DNA from: Octopus vulgaris
Lineage: Eukaryota
Direction: 5' to 3'
Length of the DNA: 64,000 nt
Assembly (NCBI GenBank): GCA_951406725.2
Contig: OX597837.1
Coordinates: 19,468,001 to 19,532,000 of the forward strand
Positions 55,037-64,000 of the stretch are shown one piece after another. Within the stretch, counting starts at the first letter, position 1. Each line of letters begins with the position of its first letter. The notes beneath the pieces were generated by a model. It had not been told where the DNA came from and did no database searches. It worked only from the letters and a program-made list of their open reading frames with translations. The position numbers and the translations under genes were made by a program.

Positions 55037-55420
55037 CTAAGTAGCTTGTTTACCAACCACATGGTTTCGGGTTCAGTCCCACTGCGTGGCACCATAGGCA
55101 AGTGTCTTCTACTATAGCCTCGGGCCGACCAAGCCTTGTGAGTGGATTTGGTAGACGGAAACTGAAAGAAGTCCGTCGTACATATGTATATGTATATGTA
55201 TGTGTGTGTATATGTTTGTGTGTCTGTTTTTGTCCCCCAACGTCACTTGACAACCGATGGCAGTGTGTTTACGTCCCCGTACCTTAGCGGTTCGGCAACA
55301 GATACCGATAGAATAAGTTCTAGGCTTCCAAAGAATTAGTCCTAGGGTGGATTTGCTCGACTAAAGGCGGTGCTCCAGCATGGCCGCAATCAAATGACTG
55401 AAACAATTAAAAGATAAAAG
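55037..55420 (+). mobile_element. CORE-like tRNA SINE (family 1)
   Basis: Colinear with about 47520-47860, with an internal microsatellite. Confidence 0.88.
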
Positions 55421-55444
55421 ATATATATATATATATATGTGTGT

Positions 55445-55504
<60 letters not shown>

Positions 55505-55978
55505 GTGTATGTGTACATATATCTAGTATAATTCAGGTGGAAACCTAGCACTGTGCATTTAATAGCTCTTATGTAATTATTCGGCAACTACATATGCTGC
55601 ACTGGCGTACATTCCAGAACATGCAGAACTCTTTCTTACATAAAATTAATTCAAAGATAAAATAAAACACTTTAATCATTAAAGTCTGTTATCGTCCTTC
55701 CTCGGGTTTTATATTTCATCAAGTCGGACAGTTAATCCCTACTCATGTTTCTCTCTCAATTTTTTTACATTCTCTCACCGTTTTCTTCCTCTTAATCGTT
55801 TCTGTTAAAGAGAGTAGGCTTGAAACGTCAAAGACTTTTACATTCTCCCCGAGCGTTAAACTAAGACACCTGCTTGTTGTTCCTACACCAAAGCGCGCAC
55901 ATTTGGTATTGACTGCTAGAACAGATTCCTGAATGCCAATCCAGAGAACAATATATTTTAGTTTGGTCGAGACAGTCG

Positions 55979-56026
55979 CTTGCTACACCACGTTTCACGA
56001 GCGGGTGTACAGGGTCATCGGACAAG
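55979..56026 (-). ncRNA. hammerhead-like motif, CCGATGA core variant
   Basis: Reverse complement reads cttgt-CCGATGA-...-t-GAAA-cgtggtg-TA-gcaag; stem II is poorly paired. Confidence 0.45.
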
Positions 56027-56054
56027 TTATATATGCAGACACACGCACACACAC

Positions 56055-56151
<97 letters not shown>

Positions 56152-56889
56152 TATGTATGTATATGCACACACATGTACATATTGATGCATCTATGCATAT
56201 ATATCTATACACTCATACACACACATAACTTTATGTACTTGGTACACAGGTTTTGTTCACCTTATCAGCGCATATTTTGTTATGCACATATGTATGTATG
56301 TATGTTTGTATGTAAGCTTATATATATATATATATTTTTCACACGTGTGAGAGCAAGCACACATACGCGCATACACACACGCGCGCGCGCACACATACAT
56401 TCACACACACACGCACATACACACATACGCACATACAAACACACACGCACATACACACACACGCACACACACACTGATGTAGGGTTAGGGTGGTGCAAGG
56501 AAGGTTTATATCTAGGAATGTTTGGACGTTTGGAAATGTAATTTCACAGAACTAAGGGGAGATGATGAGAAGAAAGGTGGCGCCATGCAGAGGAGTGGTC
56601 TGTGTGTGTGAGGGGGGATGAAACGGTGTGAAAGGGGGGAGGTTGCAGTGCCTTGTGAATGAAGCACTTTGGGAAGACGATGAATAGAATGGTTAAAGTA
56701 GATTAGAATCTTCGAGAAGAGGATTTCATTTTTCTGGTAAATTTGCTATGATCAGTTCCAAATGGAAGCACTTTTATGGAATCGTGGTGGCAAGAAAATG
56801 GGTGGGGTGGGGGTGGGGAATGCGGAAAGAAAGATTTCGAAGAGAAGGAAAAGGAAAGAATACTTTTTTGCTTATTGTTTATGTTTAAT

Positions 56890-57070
56890 CTTTTACTGGT
56901 TTCAGCCCGTTGACTCTGGCCATGCTGGGGCACCGCCTTCAAGTCTTTTAGTCGAACGAAGTACTTGTTTTGTAAAGCTTGGTACTTAATCAAGCAGTCT
57001 CTGGAGTCGAACCGCCAAGTTGTGGAGACGTAAACAAACCAACACTGGCTTCAATTGATGGTGCGTGACA
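56890..57070 (-). mobile_element. family 1 SINE 3' half, diverged
   Basis: tttcagcc..tggccatgctggggcaccgcctt ... gacgtaaacaaaccaacac. Confidence 0.65.
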
Positions 57071-57462
57071 GACACACACATACGTAGATACACACACACG
57101 TAGATACACACACACAGAGCCTCACTCACACACACGCAAATGTATGTGTGTGTGTTTATATACATATGTATATATGTGTGTGTGTATATATACAGAGAGA
57201 GAGAGAGAGAGAGGAGGGAGAGAAAGAGAAAGAGAGAGTGTAACAATGATTCAAATAAACTGATAAACCCTTGGCTTTTAATGTACAATTGGGAAAGAGA
57301 GGGAGAGAGAAAGAGAGAGAGAGAGAGAGGAGAGAGAGAGGAGAGACAGAAGTGTAAGGCCATGATTCTACTTCACACACGCAGAATTACACACATACAT
57401 ACACACAGATACATACATAGTGCATCCATCCAACCATTCAACCATATATATATATATGTATA

Positions 57463-57539
<77 letters not shown>

Positions 57540-57540
<1 letters not shown>

Positions 57541-58840
57541 GAGGGACGTTCAATAAGTAATGCCCCTGGCCCACTTGCATTTGTTTGATCTAGCTGAAAT
57601 TTTGTATGTGCAATTATTTATATCTCAATAGATTAACTGGCAAATTACAGCTCTGAACTAATCGTGGTTTCTGATTTACAGGTGTTTTAAATGAGTCAAG
57701 TGTGAAATGGAGCCTGTTGAGTGTCGAGCAGTGATCCGGTTTTTGTATTTGAAAGGACGCACACCGCGGGAGACTTTTGATGAAATGAAAGTAACTTATG
57801 GTGATGATGCCCCATCATATGACCTTGTAAAACGCTGACATCGTGAATTCAAACATGGTCGGAACTCTGTGGAAACAGCTCCCAGATCTGGTCGTCCCGC
57901 TTCTGCCATTGATGAGGCATCTGTCCGTCAAGTTGAGGCTGCCATTTTGGAAGATCGACGCATAACTATTCGCCAAATAGCCCATGAGGTCAAGATTAGT
58001 ACCGGGTCTGTGAAAGCTATCATTCATGACCATTTGCATATGCAAAAGGTGTCTGCCAGATGGATTCCCAGGTTGCTCACACCTTTCCAGAAGCAAGAAC
58101 GCGTCGAGTGCTCGAGGATGAATTTGGAGATGTGCCAAGAAGATGAGTCAAATTTTTTCAAAAGACTGATTACACAGGATGAAACCTGGGTCCTTCACTA
58201 TGATCCAGAGACCAAAGCCCAGTCAATGCAGTGGAAGCACCGTGACTCACTTCCTCCAAATGAGGCAAGGGTGCCTCCCTCCGCTGGCAAGGTCATGCTC
58301 ACAGTCTTCAGGGACCAGGACGGAGTAGTGATGACAGATTTCCTGGCAAAGGGTACCACAATTGCAGGAGCCTATTATGCTTCACTTTTGAGGAAATTAA
58401 GAGAAGTTAACACAATCAAGAGGCGGGGCAAGATCAGCAAAGGCATCCTCCTCCTGCAGGACAACGCTCCGGTCCACAACTCGCGTGTCGCCAGATCAGA
58501 AGCACAGGCATATGGCTATGAACTCCTCCCCCATACCCCTATTCTCCTGACCTTGCACCCACTGATTTTCACCTCTTCCCAGCCATGAAGTTGTTTTTGA
58601 AAGGAAAGCGTTTCCCAGATGATGCAGCCTTGGTTTCTGAAGTCACGTCGTGGTTAGAGGACCAAGCTGGGATCTTCTACAAAAACGGCCTCCAGAGCTG
58701 CAACAAATGATGGGAGAAATGCGTAACTCTGGGTGGTTCCTATGTAGAAAAAGAATAATTTAGAATAATAACTGTGCCAAGTTTCGTTGCTCTACTGCTA
58801 TGGGAAGTGGGTCAGGGGCATTACTTATTGAACGCCCCTC

Positions 58841-58841
<1 letters not shown>
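57540..58841 (+). mobile_element. full-length mariner transposon (irritans-like), inactive
   Basis: TIRs cgagggrcgttcaataagtaatgcccctg(g/a)cccactt; ATG at 57707, premature TGA near 57836, ARWIPRLL, TQDETWV, LQDNAPVH, frameshift near 58535. Confidence 0.93.
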
Positions 58842-58895
<54 letters not shown>

Positions 58896-58999
58896 AATAT
58901 ATATGTCTCTTCTATTTTTTAATTATTATAAATCTTCCACTGAGGAGAGACCGGGTTTCCAACAAAGATACAAGGCTCCATCTTTGGGATATAGTTAAC

Positions 59000-59795
59000 G
59001 CAGACAAATTCACATTTGGAAATTGAGAAAAGTCTTGTATATTTTTACTGTTTCTCTCACAGATTGCATTTGTAATGTACAAATTAGCCGATCGATTTCT
59101 CTTTCTGAAAACCCCAGTTTATCCAGATTCTCCTTTAACGATTTACTAACAAAACCTAGTGCTCCAGATGTTATTGGTATGAATATGAATTCATAGTCTG
59201 GATATAGAAGCTGGTCCAATCAAGTATCCCAGATGTTGATATCAGCACTGGTACTACATTGTGGGATATTGTTTTGTTGCAAGAGGAGCGTTCCGATTGC
59301 CATATTTTCCTACGTCTAGTGTAATATTCTCGGGTCACTCTATCTTTATTCACAGTACCTTCATAATATACATTTTCGTCTATGCCTAGGTACTTGTAAC
59401 ATTCTTTGTGTGGAATGGGAGAGATAGAGAGACCGTTGATGTACAGGTTTTGGATTTGGGGGACTGACGTTTCTCGTTTTATAACCAAATATGAACATTT
59501 CTGTTGGTCAATTCCAGTGTTTTTTGGTATTAAAACTTTTTGCATAAATCTTCACGTGGTCTACAAAGAAATTATGAGTTACATTGATATTTCTAGCAGT
59601 TGAAGACCCTAGCATGTACCTGTTTGTTTTCTGCAGTATGAACGATAATGGCTACATTACCAAAATTGAAAGAAGTACAGAAAGACTCTCTCCCTGGAAT
59701 ATTCCCTTTGAAATGTCTATACTGTCAGAAACAATTATTCTGTTCTCAGTTGTAAAGGTAAGAATTGTTGTCCATGTCTTTGTGAGTCTATCTAA
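59000..59795 (-). pseudogene. R4/Dong-like remnant, internally deleted
   Basis: KGIFQGESLSVLL, YKYLGIDEN, EYYTRRRKIWQSE, LYPDYEFIFIPITSGALG...TVKIYKTFLNF. Confidence 0.75.
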
Positions 59796-60015
59796 GTATG
59801 TATGTATGTATGTATGTATGTATGTATGTATGTATGTATGTATGTATGTATGTATGTATGTGTCTGTGTATGTATGTATGTATGTATGTATGTATGTATG
59901 TATGTATGTATGTATGTATGTATGTATGTATGTATGTATGTGTGTATGTATGTATGTATGTATGTGTGTATGTATGTATGTATGTATGTGTGTATGCATG
60001 TATGTATGTATATGA

Positions 60016-60157
60016 GTAGGCGTCATAGTGGGTGTGTGGTAAGTAGCTTGCTTACGAATCACATGGTTCCGGGTTCAGTTCCACTGCGTGGCACCTTGGG
60101 CAAGTGCCTTGTACCATAGCCTCGGGCCGACCATATATATATATAGCCTCGGGCCGA

Positions 60158-60214
<57 letters not shown>

Positions 60215-60353
60215 GGCCCGAGGCTATAGTACAAGGCACTTGCCCAAGGTGCCACGCAGTGGAACTGAACCCGGAACCATGTGATTCGTAAGCAAGCTAT
60301 TTACCACACAGCCACTATGACGCCTACTCATATACATACATACATGCATACAC

Positions 60354-60434
<81 letters not shown>

Positions 60435-60640
60435 CGTATGTATATGTTTGTGTGTCTGTTTGTTCCCCCAACATCGCTTGACAACCGATGCTGGTGTGTT
60501 TACGTCCCAGTAACTTAGCGATAGAATAAGTATTTTGGCTTACAAAGAATAAGTCCTGGGGTCGATTTGCTCGACTAAAGGCGTTGCTCCAACATGGCCA
60601 CAATCAAATGACTGAAACAAGTAAAAGAGTAAAAAAAGTA
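60016..60640 (+). mobile_element. family 1 SINE rearranged by an inverted duplication at (TA)n
   Basis: 5' half on +, (TA)n, 5' half on -, (TA)n, 3' half on +. Confidence 0.85.
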
Positions 60641-60644
60641 AAAG

Positions 60645-60985
60645 AGGCGTGGCTGTGTGGCAAGAAGTTTGCTTCCCGGTCGTATGATTCTGGGTTCAGT
60701 CTCACCTTGGGCAAGTGTTTTCCACTATAACCGCGCGCCGACCAAGACCTTGTGACTGGATTTAGCTGGCGGAAACTGACAGAAACCCGTTGCATATATA
60801 CATATACCTATGTTTGTGTGTCTCTGTGTCCATGTTTGTCCACCACCACAGCTTGTCAATCGATGTTGGTGTGTTTACGTCCCCGTAACTTAGTTGTATT
60901 GCAAAACAGGTGATGGAGTATGTATCAGAGTTAGTTAAAAACCCTATGAGTACTGGGATTAATTTGCTCGAGTAAACCCTTCACT
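60645..60985 (+). mobile_element. older family 1 SINE copy
   Basis: ggcgtggctgtgtgg...gggttcagtc..accttgggcaagtg...ggtgtgtttacgtccccgtaacttag. Confidence 0.7.
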
Positions 60986-61357
60986 GAAATTGAGGAAATT
61001 TAGGCGATTAATACAATCCGCATTGATGTCGATACAGGCTAACAGGATGTACAGAAAGGAACAAGGGTTCAGAAACAAAATATTCCACAGGAATTGAAAA
61101 TCTAAATCGCAGTGCATAATGTAACAAGCAAAATGTTGGAAGTACTGGAGCCACATTTATTCTCAGGCTGCAACCGTTTCAACAACACCATTTAACCTGG
61201 TGGAAAATATACGACGAAGTAAATAAGCAATGATTTTATATATCTGATCCATTGAAACGGTCGTAACCTAAGAGTAAATGTAATAACAACTCCTTCACTC
61301 TTTAACCTGTTGGTAGACACACACACACACACACACACACACTCATACATACACACA

Positions 61358-61404
<47 letters not shown>

Positions 61405-61584
61405 ACACACACACACATGCACATACACACACTCACACATATACACACGAATGCCTGTATTCTTCATTGAGTTTTGATGGAGATGTAACAGTGACATCGC
61501 GACGTACGGTAAGCCTTGGGCATTTTAAAACATGGAGGAGCTCATCCTTCTCTTGGTCTACTTGCGCCCGATTTCTCCTTCAGC

Positions 61585-62165
61585 GGCCCCAGTACTTGAC
61601 AAAATGCCCCGACAAAATGAAAGTAAAACTTGACCTCAGAACGTAGTCACTCGGAAGATATATCACAGTACATTTCTCCTGACTCTCTGACGATTCTGCT
61701 TGCTCATTGCCTAAACAGCGACAATAATAATATTATTTATGCTGCCTACTATTGACAGAAGGTTTAAAATTTAGCGGGAAGAGTGTTATTCGTTTGCATC
61801 GAGCCCGTACTCAAATTGGTACTTGTTTCAGCACCTCAAAAGGATGAAAAGCAAAGTCGACCTTGGAGAAATTTAAACTCAGAATGTAATGACGAACGAA
61901 ATGCCGCCAAGCATTTTGTCCGGTGTGGTAACGGTTCAGTTAGCTCGCCGCCGTAATTATAATAACAGGTTTCACATTTTGGTACAAGGCCAGCAATTTC
62001 GAGGAGGGGGTAAGTCCATTACGTCAACTGGTACTTATTTTATCGACCAGGAAAGAATAAAAGTCAAAGTTGATCTAGGCGAAATTTGAACTCAGAATGC
62101 AAAGACAGACGAATTACTGCTAAGCGTTTTGCCCGGCGCGGTAACGATTCCGCCAGCTCACCACG
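61585..62165 (-). mobile_element. three tandem Meta-like SINE units
   Basis: Repeated aaaggatgaaaagcaaagtcgacct..gaaattt(a/g)aactcagaa motifs. Confidence 0.7.
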
Positions 62166-63817
62166 TTCCTAATAATGAGCCTTCCCACCTTAATTATGAT
62201 AATGGTGGATAGATATAAGTATTGTAGTGTGACTCGGAGCAGCAGAAAGAGAGAGGTAGTAGTAGTGGTGTAGGTGGTGGTGGTGTATGGTGGTAATGAT
62301 GGTAGTGATGGTGGTAGTAGTGGTGGTATTGTGCTGGTAGTGTCAGTAACAGTGTGGTGATGATGGTTTTGGTGATGCTAGCATTGGTAGTTGCTATGTT
62401 GGTGTGTGTGTGTGTGTGTATGTGTGTGCGTGTGTGTTTGTGTTGGTGATGGCGGTAATAGTTGGTTGTAGTTTTGGTAGTGGTGGTTGTGGTGTTAGTA
62501 GAGATTATACTGGTGGTAGTATTGGTATTGTTAATAGTGGTGGTGATGGTGGTGGTGGTGGTTGTGGGAATGAGACATGATGATCGAAAAGAAAAGGTAG
62601 GAAGAGTAGGGTGTTGTGTGTGAGTCGGGGAGTGGTGGAGTGGCGCACGGTTCGTGATAAAGATGGTGGGGGAAAGGCTTTGTAAGGTGGAGAGATCGTG
62701 ATGGAACTGGTGTGTTGGTGTGGTGATGATGGGGAGAGGGGTAACACTTGTGACAGTGGAGGCATTGGTGCTAGTGGGACTGTTGGTGGAGGTAACAGTG
62801 GTGGTGATGGTAGTGGTGGTAGTGGTGGTGGTGGTAGTGTTGATTGTAGTGATGTTGACAATTGTCTTGATGGTCGTGGTATTGATGGTGGTGTAGGCAA
62901 TTGAGCAGACTCATGCTGAAAGACATCCCAGCCATGACCATTCTGTCTTTATTTCTAGCAGTGTATCTAAGTTTACATTATTCAATATGGCTTTTCCATT
63001 GTTAAGTCACTGGTTCGAGATTTTATGGCAATTTGGCTGTCATTTCTAGCTAGTTAAGTCCACCTGAAGGCTCTCCCGTTGATTCTTTTAGTAGCCTTGA
63101 TTGCAGCAATGAGAATGGAAAGGGTCGTGGTGGTCGTGAGATCGGCCCGACATTGGTTTCCTTGTTGCATTGTACCCTGTTATGTTAATGAAATGATAAA
63201 TTTCAATAATATACATGTGCGTTGCGCGAAGTGTGTGGAAGTGTGTGTGTGTGTTTAATTTATGATTGAAAATGGTAAAATTTTCCGTATAAGGTATAAT
63301 ATATAAACCAAAAAAAAAAAAGATGAAAATGCACAATAAAGTTAGAACAATTTTTATTATCCTTTTCGATTAATAACATGCATCCTCATTTAGATATGCT
63401 AAATATTTCTACATTAAATGCCAACCGGTTTTACACTCAGGAAGTTAGTCAAGGAAAATGAGAACTTTAGGTTTTTAAGCAGTACACCGAGCAACGAAGG
63501 CTGAAAAGTAGACACATATGTAGTAATGAGAAACAGATTGACAGATAAATAGAAAGATGAAAGAGAGATGGATGAAGAATGAAGGTATCAGATTATAAGG
63601 CAAAGAGTGTTAAGTGAAGAACTTTGGCACTAGACAGGTTATAAATAATTAAGGGATTAGTGAGACCATTTAGTACAAGATAGAAAGAAAAGTATGTTGA
63701 TAAGTAGCAAGATTTAAGTGTCTCTGTACAGCATGCAAAGGTTCACATACACTTACCTTCTATTTAAAAGAGGGTGTAGTCATATACCCATATATACACA
63801 AGTCATTGATATGTTAT

Positions 63818-63985
63818 ATAGGCGCAGGCGTGGCTGTGTGGTAAGAAACTTGCTTCCCAACCTCATGTTTCCGGGCTCAGTTCCAATGCATGGTTGCTTG
63901 GGCAAGTCTCTTCTATTATAGCTTCGCGACAACCAAAGTCTTGTGAGTGGATTTGGTAGACGAAAACTGAAAGAAGCCCTTCGTC
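63818..63985 (+). mobile_element. family 1 SINE 5' half
   Basis: ataggcgcaggcgtggctgtgtggtaag ... ccttgtgagtggatttggtaga-like segment. Confidence 0.8.
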
Positions 63986-64000
63986 TATCTATCTATCTAT

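Noticed and set aside
57869-58588. Domesticated SETMAR-like gene
   Set aside because: TIRs are intact, there is a premature stop and frameshift, and no SET domain.

Overview
This is 64 kb of AT-rich, extremely repeat-dense eukaryotic DNA with no recognisable host protein-coding gene. The microsatellite load and SINE families suggest a cephalopod (Octopus-like) intergenic or intronic region; that assignment is inference. Nearly all ORFs in the supplied track are translations of microsatellites. Real coding remnants all belong to mobile elements: one long Penelope-like RT+GIY-YIG ORF (10759-12483), two internally deleted Helitrons with PIF1 helicase pieces, several Tc1/mariner elements and MITEs, CR1-, RTE- and L1/Tx1-like LINE fragments, and more than ten R4/Dong-like fragments, many of them embedded in (TAA)n tracts. 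Three tRNA-derived SINE families are present. The most notable signals are: (1) recurring minimal hammerhead-ribozyme-like motifs, three with a CCGANGA core variant, often in inverted pairs; (2) two SINE/LINE 3'-tail matches visible within the window; (3) a TSD-flanked chimeric SINE; (4) a ~555-bp non-coding module found repeatedly in (TAA)n; (5) fold-back duplications centred on (TA)n. All calls were made by eye and boundaries are approximate.
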